A stretch of 64,000 nucleotides of DNA from Octopus sinensis (GCF_006345805.1 NC_042999.1:121210001-121274000); one strand, 5' to 3'; positions 12,401 through 26,145 are shown, counted from the stretch's first letter. Notes: generated by a model not told the origin, from the letters alone. A program made the numbers and translations.

Positions 12401-13969
12401 CATACAAAAACTTAAAATAATCAGCATTTTAAAAATCTCTGCAACTATTAGAATATAATGTCAATAAAAAAAAAAAAATCTTGAAAAAAAAACTCAGCAA
12501 TTGTGCCTAGTATTATAAAAAAAAATTAAAATACTAACCATATCTAAAGTAGTAATTATCATGAAATAATTAAAAGTATTAATTACCACGAACTAATTAT
12601 ATGATATAGAGAAAAAGTCTTCAGTTGTATAAAGAGAAATTGCTAATTAATATCCACATAGCAAGTTTTCAAATTGTAAGTTGTTTCAATCATTCTCATT
12701 TGATAGCTGCTTTATGTCAAAACTACTACATTTGTTTTTCACTGGTTAAAAATACGTTCCACAAAACAGGCACTTTATTTAATGTATTTTTAAATCATAC
12801 TGAGAGTGAATATTGTTTTTAAACCTTATAAAGAAGATTAATAATGAAACAAAAAAATGTGATTCCAAATTGAAATATATGGAGTTTAAGTTAGAAAGTT
12901 AGAACTGAAAAAGGTAATATATCAGTATTAATAATTCAAAACTGCAAATAAGAAACAGGGAACATCAACTATTTCTTTTTAATGCAGTTTATCTTTGAAA
13001 TACAATGCAGGATGCAATAAAGGTAAACAATATGGAAATGTTCTAACACAAGTGTAAATAAAAGCATGACTTGAAACATAATGCCAAACATCTGGTGTAT
13101 AATAAACTATATACTAGAATTCTCTCAGTTTTTATGTATAAAAATAGATTAAATTATAAAGTTAAATGAGGAAATAAGGAAATGAACACAAAGGAAGATA
13201 TGTATTTTTAAAATGAATAGAGGATGCCATCCAACACCAAACTAAAAGTATAGAAAGGAAACTAAAATTTTCAGAAAAATAGTTCTTAACTATGTGAAAA
13301 ATGAACAGAATGTTTTCTAAAAACTCTAAAGAAATACTGTCATTCCAAAATTTTCTAGTTTGTAGAGAAAGCATTTATTTCAATGAAAGAATTATAAATT
13401 ATTTCATTAGCACAAGACTACTGAAGGGTCATTACTTTGGAGAAGAAAGATGATGAAATATTTGACTTAAAGAAAGTAAAACAAAAACTAAAAATAATTA
13501 ATAAATCACAGAAAAGGTATGCTTTGAACATTATCTAAATACCAGAAAAGTTAAGAAAGATACTACAGAAGCCACAGCAGAGATTAATGTTGTGAATAGG
13601 CAACAATTATCATATTCCAAAGGTGAAACACAGAAGAGGTGATAGAAATGAGGTTGTACTACAGATAAAATATTCACTAAGTAGAAGAGAATTCAAATCA
13701 GAGAAAATAAATTTTTGAAATACAGAAGTATGAAACTTATGTGGAAATTTCAAATAATTTTCTCATTGCTATAAGATGAAAAGGAGTGTAATAAGCCAAA
13801 AATACATGGCACTAATTAGAAAACAGTATGTATGCATGAATGTAGAGGCATGAGGGTGGTTAAACATGTTATGCTTGTATGCATAACTATGTGCAATTAT
13901 CATCATCTTCTAACATTCATGGTCAATGCTACCATGGGTTGATATATATTGGTGGTAATTGTTGCCAGG

Positions 13970-14041
13970 GGCCATTTAGCTTAATGGTAAAGCACACAAC
14001 CTGTACCCGAGAGGTACAGGGTTCAATTCCCATAGTTGCCT
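13970..14041 (+). pseudogene. tRNA-like pseudogene or isolated SINE head
   Basis: A box TAGCTTAATGGT, B box GGTTCAATTCC, D stem GCTT/AAGC, acceptor stem GGCCATT/AGTTGCC (6 of 7 pairs), unpaired anticodon arm, T7 at 14051-14057. Confidence 0.6.
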
Positions 14042-14337
14042 ACTGGCAACTTTTTTTCCATATTATAAGGGTAAATATCCATCTTTCCCTGCTGTTTTCA
14101 TAGCTATACTGTATTGGAAATTTACTTTCTTGTCTATACAATACCAACACATTCAACACTTCAGAAGTTTGTTTATATATATATGTTGTTTTCAAAAACA
14201 GCATGTTCATAAGAGATATTATCTCTGGATGAATATCACAACAACCTGTTACAAAGCTATTTCATTTAAGTGCTGGTTCTATTGCATATAATAGATTTAT
14301 ATTCAATTGGGCAACTATTTGAAATACCAGTGGATAC

Positions 14338-14449
14338 TTCATGTTCCCTTTACATTGGAGGTGGCAAATTTCCTCTAAATATATACATGACTGTGAATAC
14401 ACACCATTGATAAGGCCCAGCAATGCCAAAATGAATCTGTCATATTTAC
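14338..14449 (-). CDS. Speculative signal-peptide exon
   Basis: Open frame KYDRFILALLGLINGVYSQSCIYLEEICHLQCKGNM; phase 1 in, phase 2 out, compatible with the 8482 acceptor. Both splice sites are weak. Confidence 0.22.
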
Positions 14450-15299
14450 CTAGCTGTTGCTGGGATGATTCTCATCTCCCTCCATTATATATATGGATAT
14501 ATAAATATAGATATACACACGCGCACATAAACATGCACACATACACACAAACAGCTGTTTCTTTTTCTTTTTACACACAGAATATACATTTATGTAAACA
14601 TATGTATTTGCATATACATATGTGTGTATGTTCACATACATATAGACACCTATCTATAAATAGAAACAATTATAAATATACATATATACCTTTACATATA
14701 TGATTATATATATATACACACAGAGTATAATACATACACACACACATACATAGATACATACATATATACACCTCTATATGTATAGATACATATATGCATA
14801 TCCATATACAAATGTATATAATTATATCTTTACAGTGCAATGTAAAATATAAACTGCACAACAAAGCACCAATATTTAGAACTCCATGAATATTCCTGTA
14901 ATCAGGGAAACTGAAGAATACTGGTGTTATAGTTAATGTATTATTTAGTTGGTATCAGCGATAGAATATATGACAGAGTACATACACAAAACCAACCTGG
15001 AAATATTGTTTGAAGATACTTAATTACCCTATTTTACATGCATCTTAACAATAGATGGTTAGCAGTTACATAATTTAAAACATATTCCATTTGTGGTGTC
15101 ATATCAACAGACATATGCAGAATGTGTGCAATGTATCTCTGAACATTTGATATACAGATTTGATTAAATATTTTGTTATAAAGCTGATAACCACTTTTTG
15201 TTTGTGAATTGCATGTAAGATGGCATAGCTAAATATTTCATAAGCAATCTTTATTTTGTTTTGCATTTTATATATATATATACATACACACACACATCA

Positions 15300-15520
15300 A
15301 CTTTATCAAAATCATTTAACATCCATTTTCCATGCTGTTTGGGTTGGATGGTTTAATATTAGCTAGAAAATCATAAGGTTGCATCAAACTCCAATATCAG
15401 ATTTGGCATGGTTTCCTCAGCTGGATGTCCTGCCTAATGCCAACCACTTTACAGAATGTACATGGTGCTTTCTCGTACCACCAGCACTAAGAATGTCACC
15501 AAGTAACTTGCAAGACAAGA
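15300..15520 (-). mobile_element. Degenerate RTE 3'-UTR fragment
   Basis: Matches the conserved ctggatg.cct.cctaatgccaaccact core of the RTE tail family. Confidence 0.6.
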
Positions 15521-15952
15521 AAAGAGTAGAAGAGAAAAAGCCTTCTTGACTTAATGGGGAATGGGATATTTGAGAGTTGAGAGAGGTGATGATTCTATTC
15601 CTAGAGTTGAGATAGAGGGCCAAGCCCAAGTGTCTTCCAATACAGGAGATACAAAGCTAAATTTCATATGTATATTATATACACACACATATATAATACA
15701 TTAGCAAGATCCAATATGATCATGGTACAGACAATTGGTTAGTCACATGCATAGACAACACTCGTATATATTAACACAAAGTAGATAATAATCAATCAAT
15801 ACAGTTTATTATTCAATTATACACTTTATCCCATATTGAATTAGATAGATATTCCAATAAGATGACTGCCACTACAAACGTTGCTGATAATAAATCTGTG
15901 AGTGAAGGGAATGGAGTGGGTAGTTTTGTACTACATGTTTCAAGAGACTCAC

Positions 15953-15968
15953 CAAATGAATAATACAT
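15953..15968 (-). CDS. Speculative start-codon exon (MYYSF)
   Basis: ATG TAT TAT TCA TTT G followed by a strong donor gtgagt; phase 1 fits the 14449 acceptor. Supported only by phase compatibility. Confidence 0.18.
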
Positions 15969-16517
15969 AACTCTAAGGTGCTACATAGATGTTCAGTGTT
16001 CCTTCTAGTTAGGTACTTATCTATCCATTGCTTATAAAGTTTATTCTTGTAAAGAATTCACCAAGGAAAACTGGAAAAAAATACATACAATTTTGAAGGG
16101 GGAGTGGATGTAAGAAATGGCCAAGTATATACCACCACTACACCAAACTCCAGTGAAGTAGAAAGGTGTGTGTAATTTTAAGAAGGTCATATCTTTATTT
16201 GTATAAATGCTTGTGGAGATTTTCATAGGTGATGAGTATTATTACCATAAGGTAATGAAATTGAAAAAGGTATCAAAGTGATAAGGGTTTAAAAAAATAA
16301 AAGATAACAGATAAAGTGCCTTTTATGAGATGTACTCATGCAATCCTACATTCAAGCTTACAAATGTACAGTATACATATACATGCATATATAAGGAAGA
16401 CTGTACATTTGTATGTGCACATACATATATATACACATGTATACATACACGTATGTATACATAAACATACATAGACACACGTATATGTGTTCGTGTGTAT
16501 AGTCTCTCTCTCTCTCT

Positions 16518-16560
<43 letters not shown>

Positions 16561-16786
16561 ACACATACCTATATATTAAACAGTTGGAGAAAGTGAGAGA
16601 CAAAGAAGACCTGTGAGAGTGAGAGACATATCCACCACCATCTCTCTCACACACTCCATCTCTGTCTTTCTAAGTCTCTCTTTCTTTCCTTTATTCTCCA
16701 ATTAGGATATCCTTGTATCTCTTCTATGTGAAGAACTCTATCTCTATCCATCTATCATTCTTTTAATTTCACATAAATTGGCACAA

Positions 16787-17035
16787 TGCCACCTTCACTG
16801 GTTGCGGGGACTCTGTCTCGACTTGCAAGTCACTTGGTGGCCATACAGCTGTTCATGTCACAAAAAAAAGCACCAGGTACATTCTATGGAGTGGTAAATT
16901 TTAGGAAGGGCCATGGAAACCATCCCAGAACAGGCACTAGAGCTTGGCACAGCCCTCTGGTTTGCCAGCTCTTATCAAACTGTCCAACCCATGCCAGCAT
17001 AGAAAATGGACATTAAATGATGATAATATGATGGC
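16787..17035 (+). mobile_element. Degenerate RTE 3'-UTR fragment
   Basis: Ends ccaacccatgccagcatagaaaatggacattaaatgatgat, like the other tail copies. Confidence 0.65.
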
Positions 17036-17168
17036 TGCAACTCAATTTCAAGCATTGCCATTACTTGATTTTGTTGGGTGCTATGACACAACTTTCCCCC
17101 TGAAGATCAACTTTTTTTGTTGATTCTAAACTTTTAGGGCTGCTATTACAAATGTACAGCAGATATAT

Positions 17169-18185
17169 CCCTTTCGTTACCAAACCACCCAAAGCCGCCC
17201 GAAAAAACTTTTGGTTCATGTGACCAAGCCTCCCAAAACCATCCGTAATTACCTATTCATATTTAAACGAGAATATCAGAGCAAATCTCGTTAGTACATT
17301 TGTGAAAATATGTGATTATACTTAGTAAACAGTTCATCTACAGTTTTCTACAACGATCGACGTGTAATTTTAATTCCCTGAATTTTGGGAGATTTTTTTT
17401 CCACATTTTTTTCAGCATCGATTTTTCTTCAACTTTGAAAATGGATAGGAGTTTCATGTTATCAAGCATTGATTCCGAATTTAAAGCTTTTTCAACGGAA
17501 AATTGGGAGATATTGAGAAAAAGAATGAAATAGGTACAGAAGCATGTGGTATACAAAATAATGAATAAGATATTTTTTTATCCGAAAATGAAAGCAGCGA
17601 TTCCGAAGAAACAAATCGGCGATGGTGACAGCAAAGACGATTTTACATCAGAATGAAGTAAAAAACTTTATAAATGTTTTTATTAGCAATTTTTCTGAGG
17701 AGATAGAGTTTATTGATAGTCTTTCTTAGGAAGCGGAACCATTAGACTTTTATTTTTTTCAATATGCTAGTTTGAAGCGATCACTTTGGAAACAAATTTA
17801 CGCAGATTGTAAACAAACACATAATGGGGGATCAAAGTTTGGAAAATTTGTGAAGCAAATACTGGGTACTGTTGTGGATTTAGTTTTTATACAGGGAAAC
17901 TAATGTTAGTCAGCGTGTCTTAGGGTATGATGTGGTCTGGAAGTTATTGTTTGAAGCGATCAATGCGGAAACAAATTTATGCAGATTGTAAACAAACACA
18001 AAATGGGGGATCAAATTTCGGAAAATTCATGAAGTAAATACTGGGTACTGCGTGGATTTACTTTTTATACAGGGAAAATTATGTTAGTCAGCATGGCCTA
18101 GGGAACGATGTGGTCTGGAATTTATCACTTCCATACTATAACCAGGGCCGTATATTATTTTTTGAGTGATTTCTTTAGTTCGGTC
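17169..18185 (+). mobile_element. piggyBac transposon relic with an internal ~180-bp tandem duplication
   Basis: Starts ccctttcg (piggyBac-type left end). Translates to WGIKF.KIHEVNTGYCVD, FYTGK and HGLGNDVVWNLSLPYYNQGRILFF, matching piggyBac/PGBD core motifs. Right end not found. Confidence 0.8.
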
Positions 18186-18559
18186 AAACTTGCGGTGGAT
18201 TCCAGTATTTCACTTTATTCCACCTTTATGGTACACCTGTTGTGCATTAAATTCAACTGATGATCTAGTGATGTGCACAATTCTTCTTTATCAAAATTTT
18301 GTTGCACACCCATTTGAATATTAGCTGATGATCCATTTTCTATGGTGATGTTTAAACAAAATTTTTATATTTTTACCTTTTGCTCAATTTACCTGGATTT
18401 ACCTGTAATTAAAGTCACTTTGAGACAAAAGTTATGCAATAGAATTGATTAAGAACCCTTTCTTTAATTATGTTCCAAATATCACATTAATATGTTGATA
18501 AGTAAAAAAGTTACAGTTATTTAAAAACAGCAATACAAATTCATCTCAGTGAGCAATGA

Positions 18560-20340
18560 CACCACGGATGGAGTAAGCATACTGTTAGCATAGAAATAGC
18601 TGAAGAAAAGAAGTAATTGAGTTGGTCAGGGTGGGCAATAGAGTAGTTAAGATGAGACTAATTATAGGCAACTTAACAGTTGTCTCTACATATGTCCCAG
18701 TGGCAGGATCAACTGAAGGACAGTTTCTATGTGACACTTCTGCAGAATACCTCATTGATGATTGACAGCAACTTCATCATAGTAGCTAGTGACTATAATG
18801 GACATGTTGGATGATATGTTGATTGCTTCCATGACATATATGGCATTATGGAAGTGGTGTTTGAAATGAGGCCATAAAGTGTCTGAAGTTCTGTGATGCA
18901 AATGATTTAATAATTTGCAATTCACACTCTAGGAAGTCAGTCAACCATCTCAAGATCTACAAAGTTAGCAATTGCACAAGTTAGATTACATTTTCACCAG
19001 GAAGCAGAAGAGAAGTGCTACTTTCCTAGGAAAGAATGCACTATACAATATAGATTATTGACTTCAGAATCAGAGCTAAGAAGACAGTAACAAAAGATGA
19101 CAGGGAAAAGGAAGATGTAGATATTAAAAATCCCACAATTGAGAACAGATTTATAGAAATTCTAATTGATGCATATGACTATAGAAAGAATGATTTAGAT
19201 ACTTGTAGCATAGACAAAACCTGTAAATTTCTATGATCAGACATGTGGCTGGAGCAATGTTCCAGCCAAGCCAAAAGTAATATGATGCAAAAGTGATATG
19301 GTTGACAGGATGGTAAATACTAAAAGACAAGCTTGGAAAACTTGGAAGGAAAGTGGATGTAAGGAGCAATAGCAAATGGTTACAGAGTAGCAAGGCAACA
19401 GGTATACATAACTAAGAGAGAGGTAAAAAGAAAATGATTTATGTATGCCTTGCAAAGTGAGGATAAAAGGTGTAAGGTGTTTGGGACAATGAGACAGTGT
19501 GTGAAAGAGAACATTGATGACATTGGTGAGAGATGTATTCAGAATAATGGAAGCTTACTTGCCATAAAAAAGGACAAGAAGTGGAATGAAAGTGCTATTA
19601 TGTGAGGCTTTAAATGGGACAAATGCCTAGGATAATAAATGGTTACCTCAAGGTGAATTTATAGATGACCAAGCAATTCAAGCTGACATCAATGTGGTAG
19701 ATAAAAATGATCAAGGTCAAGGGAAAATTGTGGGGCTATCAGAGATAGTTGCAGTGATGTTTAAACTATTCTGGGAGGTAGGTTATATGATTACTATACA
19801 GAAAGTTAAGTAAGTTATACAAGAATGAGTCATACCCAATGACTGGTGTAGCAGTATCATCATAAACTTCTACAAAGGTAAGAGAAATGCCTTAGAAAGA
19901 AGCAACTATAGAAGAATCAAACTACTGGATCAGACTATGAGCGTATAAGAGAAAGGCATGACACAAGTGACTCGGATGAGATGAAGTTTGGATTCATGTA
20001 CCAGAAGAGATACCACAGCAGCAGTCTTCCTAATGAAACAATTGTAGACGTACTCAGCTCTGATTAAACTATTATTCCTAGCATTTGTTGACTGAGAGAA
20101 AGTATTTGACAGTGTACCACATCCATAAATCTGGTGGTTACTAAGGAAGTTAAGTATTGATGAATAGTGTGTGAGGAATGTAAAAGCCATATTGAAAGAC
20201 ATAGTTTTTAAAGTGAGTCTCCAACAATTTCATTATTGAGAGAAATAATCCATCAAAGCTCAGTCCTCATTGCACTACCAGTTACGAAACTCTTATATAT
20301 AGATGATCAAGTTCTCATAACTGAGCCAAGAGGCTGTATT
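18560..20340 (+). mobile_element. Decayed RTE-clade LINE (AP endonuclease plus RT)
   Basis: Degenerate GDFNGHVG (~18781-18810), YKGKxxALExxNYRxIKLLD (~19870), FGF, FVDxEKxFDxVP, HQGSVL and LLYxDD motifs in RTE order; many stops. Confidence 0.85.
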
Positions 20341-20384
20341 TGAAAACAAACTGGTATGAATAATCTTGAGAACCCTTTTATCAC

Positions 20385-21030
20385 ACCTATTCCATGAATC
20401 CACCATTAGAATCAATGGCTGCTTCAATATGAGGACAGAAGCACTGACATACCTGAATCACATGATCTTTATCAATTTTGGATATAGCAGAGACTTGAGA
20501 ATTTGTATAGTGTTATGAGGGTGTTGCTTGATCTCTCTATCTTGACTATGTCCCATACAGTAGATTGAGGTCTGGTGAGATAGGAGGCCATGTTTTCTTG
20601 GAGAACATGGAAATTGGCACATATCCATACTTGGGTTGTCCAAACCTTATGGGACGAAGCAGAATCTTGTTGGAAGGTGTAGTCTTCCATTGCAGACTTT
20701 GTCTATCCAGGGCTTCACAACTTTCTCCAACACCTCTGTAGACAGTGGCATTGACTTTTAAACCTTGTCCAAAAAAGTGAAGATGCATGACAGCTCTTCC
20801 ATTGCTGGTGACTCTCAGAATCATTACATTTGCTGGGAACTTAGGATGCATGAGTGTTGGAACCTCATTTGGGTCTCTGCATAATCGTCTGTCATTCGTT
20901 CAGTTTACATTTAGCTGCTGATGTTAGATCCCCTTCAACAGTGTTAGCTGGACATACTACAACTTTGGTAATCCTACCAACCCTGCCATTGATAAAATTA
21001 GTGATTTGTTTAGTGAAGGTAGTAATAGCC
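20385..21030 (-). mobile_element. Tc1/mariner-superfamily transposase relic (maT/DD37D-like)
   Basis: HPKFPANVMILRVTSNG..MHLHFFGQGLKVNATVY, YTFQQDSASSHK and WPPISPDLN motifs across frameshifts. Confidence 0.8.
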
Positions 21031-21869
21031 CTGTGCACAGCAGCCTGAACTACACACTGTGTGGACCCTTAATAAATTGTGTAATTGTAAATGTCCCTCC
21101 ACCTTTCATTAGATAACAGGTGCTTAATGAACAACATTAACTTTCTATATTTAGTTACTACGAATCAGGATAGACATATTTAGATAGGTGATACATGTGA
21201 CTCCAAATCTATATTACATGATCACATATGATCCTTAGGAGCAAAGCCAAAGCTGTTAGCACAGCTTTACATAAAACAATTTGGAATTTAAAGGACTTAG
21301 TTGACTACAATATCAATGGTCAATCATTCAATGTGCAAAAACCAATAGTAGCTATAATAATAGATGCTCTTTATGCATTGAAGAGTTTATGACAAACACG
21401 TACAATAAGGACATTATTAACAGATTTGATGAAATTATTATAAGATGTAAACATAAATTACAAAACACCATTCACTATTACATATCATATTTCCCAAATC
21501 ATATCACCAATTAATCCCTCTTCATTTGTAATTATTGGTATTTTCTAAGAGAACTTGATTTTCCCTTGTTAGATAACTCATTATGAAAAATATACATAAA
21601 TTATGCAACAGCTTACACCAGTACAAACACTAATTCCTATGCAACAGTGCCATCACACACTATCTATGAGCAGTAACTGAAAATTTTGTAAGGAACATCA
21701 CCTTTTCTAGCCTCTAGGTCGGTACCTACTTTAAAATTATTTACTGTAATTATAATGTTGCCCGGTAGACTTTAAACATAACTTTATTAACTACTATATG
21801 CAAGCACCAGGTTTTTATATTACTCCTCTAAGTTACATGAAAATGCAGGGATCTAGATGAAATATACTT

Positions 21870-22014
21870 CCCAACTTTATATATATATATATATATACAT
21901 ATATATATACATATATAAGTATATATATGTATGTATATATATATGTGTGTTTATATATAAGATATACATACATATATATATATATATGTATATATATATG
22001 TGTTTATATATAAG

Positions 22015-22047
<33 letters not shown>

Positions 22048-22527
22048 TATGTATATATATATATGTGTTTATATATAAGATATACATAAATATATATATA
22101 CATATATATATACGTATATATATGTATGTATATATATATGTGTTTATATATAAGATATGGATATATATATATATATATAAGTATATATATATACATATGT
22201 ATACATGAATATAAACATATATATCTATACATCTATACATATGTATACATGTATATAAACATATATCTATATACATATATATATATACATACACATATAT
22301 ATAAACATATATCTATATACAAACATATATCTATATACATATATATATATACATACACATATATATAAACATATATATTATATATATACACATACATATA
22401 TAGATGTACATACACACATCTATATACATACATACATATGCCCACATATATACACACATATACATACATACATATATATACATATGCACTTATACGTATA
22501 TACATATATACATGTATATATACATAT
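21870..22527. repeat. Compound (TA)/(CA) array with higher-order units
   Basis: Directly visible. Confidence 0.95.
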
Positions 22528-23124
22528 ATAAAATACAAAATGGGACAAGAACGCAAACATCTGGACAACTAGGTGATACAAAAAAGGTCAACAAAACATC
22601 CAAATAGACGATAAAAAATACAAGGATGGGTCATTCGAAGCTTTCTATCCTCAGTCAAGAACCGGATCATCCTCACAATTTCAACTCATTAATCTTGAGA
22701 TTGCTACCAATCTGTCCAGCCTCAAGGAAAAACTAAGCTAAGAGCATTAGATTCCTTGGAAGAAAGCATCGAATGTATATGAAAACAGGCACGGAAAATC
22801 AGACAGTGTTACACACACAAATACAAATACAAAATACAATAAAAATAATTATTATTTCTTTCTTTCTTTTCATATACATTCGATGCTTTCTTCCAAGGAA
22901 TCTAATGCTCTTAGCTTAGTTTATTCCTTGGGGCTCGCCAGATTGGAGCAATCTCAAGATTAATCAGCCGAAATTGCAAGGATGATCCAGTTCTTGACTG
23001 AGGATAGGAAGATTCGAATGACCCGTCCTTGTTTTTTTGTATCGTCCATCTGGATGTTTTGTTGCCCCTTTTTGTATCACCTAGTTGCCCGGATGTTTGC
23101 ATTCTTGTCCCATTTTGTATTTTA
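22528..23124. repeat. Fold-back element: two ~258-bp inverted arms with an ~80-bp spacer
   Basis: 22528-22785 is the reverse complement of 22867-23124, with scattered mismatches; TA arrays on both sides. Confidence 0.9.
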
Positions 23125-23167
23125 TATATATATATATATATATAGTGGCGTATGTACACTTTGTTCT

Positions 23168-23215
<48 letters not shown>

Positions 23216-23759
23216 CATACATATATATATATATATGCATATATATACATACATACATATATATATATGCATATATATACATACACATATATATTTATAC
23301 ATACATATATTTATATATGCATATATATATTTACACATATGTACATAAATATGCATATATATGTACACACATGTACATAAATATGCATATATATGTACAC
23401 ACACGTGTATATATATATATATATGTACATATATATACATGTATACAGACATATAGACATATAAATACATATACGTAGATATATATATATATACACACAT
23501 ATATACACTATATATATATATATATACATACACATGTATAAATATATACTTATATAAAAATATATATGTGTATGCAAATATATATGTATATACATACATA
23601 TACACATATATACATATATATATACTTATATATACATATATATATATATACTTATATATACATATATATATATACTATATATATATATACATATATATAT
23701 ATACTTATATATACATATACTATATATATATATATAAATATATATATACTTATATATAC

Positions 23760-23793
<34 letters not shown>

Positions 23794-24554
23794 CTTATAT
23801 ATACATATGCTTATATATATAAATATATATATACTTATATATACATATATATATATATATACTTATATATACATATACATATATCCAGCTGTAGTAACTT
23901 TTACCAAGTCAGATTTGGAGCCTAGTGCAGCCTTCTGTCTCACCACCCGTCAGTGAAACCATCCAAACCATGCCAGCATGGAAAGCAGAGGTTAAACGAT
24001 GATGATGATTATGATGATATATATATTTATATATATATACATACATATATACACATACACGTATATACATATACATATATATGCACACACATATATAGTT
24101 ATATATATATACACACACATATATAGTTATATATATACACACACATATATAGTTATATATATATACACACACATATATACATATATATATATATATATAT
24201 ACGCATATATATATACATAAATATATATATATACGCATATATATATACATATAAATATACACATATATATACGTACACACGTATATATATATATATATAT
24301 ACATGTATATATACATAGATATACACACACTTATATATATATATTTACACATATTACGGAGATGTACTTGCATAGCAAGTGACCTGATCTGAGATTGTGT
24401 GCTGGAACAAAAACAACTTCAGCATGGAAGGTGTTTATAAGCCATTTAAGAAACACACAAAATCCATTAGATTCAGTTCAACATGTAAATTTAATTTGTC
24501 AAAATATTTCCGTCACTTTGAGACTGTGACCCGTTCACTGACAAAATTCAGTGC

Positions 24555-24603
<49 letters not shown>

Positions 24604-24627
24604 ATATATACACCTATATAGTTATTT

Positions 24628-24705
<78 letters not shown>

Positions 24706-24880
24706 TTGTGTAAATATATACATACATACATACATATATTTATATATATACATGTATTTATATATGTGTGTATTTAGATATATATATATATATATATATA
24801 TATATCCATATATATACACATGTATATACACATATATGTATATATACATATATATATATACACATATATCTATACACACA
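23125..24880. repeat. Long TA/CA microsatellite block, interrupted by an RTE tail (23881-24010) and another repeat (24361-24558)
   Basis: Directly visible; the RTE tail ends gttaaacgatgatgatg. Confidence 0.9.
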
Positions 24881-24929
24881 ATTGGTGAAATTCAATGAGA
24901 ATTTATTGAACAAGCTCATTCACTTGGAT

Positions 24930-25320
24930 TTGAAGCAATTCACTAGGGAATTTGCCTAACAGAATAGGATATAGTCAGTCTTATGATATAGTCAGTCAAC
25001 AGGCAATCTAGCTGAAATGACCCAACCTGCATCACAGAGTACTTTTTCACATTCATAATGCTCATTCACCCGCCGTCACTACTTTGATGAAAACTGCTAT
25101 CTCTACCACCTTCCATATTCTCCTAATCAAGCACTTTCAGATTATTGCAATTGCTCTCCAATAGTCTGTGATGTATTGTGTTGAGTGAGAAAGGAGAGCA
25201 GAAAACATAGCTCAATGAATTATTCTAGTCAAAACTCACTGATTTCTACCATCAAGGTACTGAAAAGTGAATGGAATACTGGCAAGAAGTCATGAGCAAT
25301 GAAAGAGAATACGACTGACT
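24930..25320 (-). mobile_element. Possible very decayed LINE RT fragment
   Basis: Reverse strand gives NTIHHRLL-like residues typical of LINE RT; weak. Confidence 0.35.
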
Positions 25321-25445
25321 GATTTGTTAAAAGTGTTGATGGAAAATACAATTACAATAAATGGAAAACAAAACAAATGAATTTATATGACAACCCAATA
25401 TATGATACTTATCATATATATCATACATAATATATTTATAATATA

Positions 25446-25494
<49 letters not shown>

Positions 25495-25498
<4 letters not shown>

Positions 25499-25685
25499 GG
25501 TGGTGAACTGGCAGAATCATTGGCACACCAAGCAAATGCTTGGTGGCATTTCATCTCCTTTCACACTCTGAGTTCAAATTCCAGCAAGGTCAAGTATTTG
25601 TTTTATCCTTCTGAGGTCATTAAAATAAGAACCAGCTGAGCCCCTCTCCTGAAATCTCTGGCCTTGTGCCAAAATTTGGAACCAA
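25495..25685 (+). mobile_element. SINE
   Basis: gaactggcagaatcatt...ctgagttcaaattcc (B box)...ccttgtgccaaaatttg. Confidence 0.7.
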
Positions 25686-25801
25686 TATATATATATATAT
25701 GCATAATCGAGGCTGAAAACAATCATAGATGGCGACAGCACCAACAACAGAGGTCACAAGTCAAATTGCACACATGTACATATAAGTAATTATATGAATT
25801 A

Positions 25802-25839
<38 letters not shown>

Positions 25840-25983
25840 TATAGATACATATAATCTAAACTGAGAGAATGGAGCAGGCAAAATTCAGTCTGCATATGTT
25901 TCCTAGCTAGCAGAACCTTGGAAGTAATAATTACTCAACAAGGGATACCCTACTAGCTACTTATCAGGTCAAAGATACCTTTA

Positions 25984-26145
25984 TTAAATGAAGGTTACAC
26001 TCATCAAGGGATCACAAGTTAACTTGCAGGAGATTTGAGAGAAAATGAGTGGAAAGTACTTTTATTTTATTTTCCCACTCATTTTCGATCACATCTCCTG
26101 CAAGTTAACTTGGGATCCCTTGACAACAATATAACCTTCATTTAA
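25984..26145. repeat. ~160-bp hairpin (MITE-like) with TTAA at both outer ends
   Basis: 25984-26055 pairs with 26071-26145; each arm contains the palindrome caagttaacttg. Confidence 0.8.

Noticed and set aside
22990-23020. CUGAGGA/CUGAUGA...GAAU motif in the fold-back family (also 22641-22670 and 55215-55240)
   Set aside because: GAAA is not completed and no stem I complement follows the putative cleavage site.
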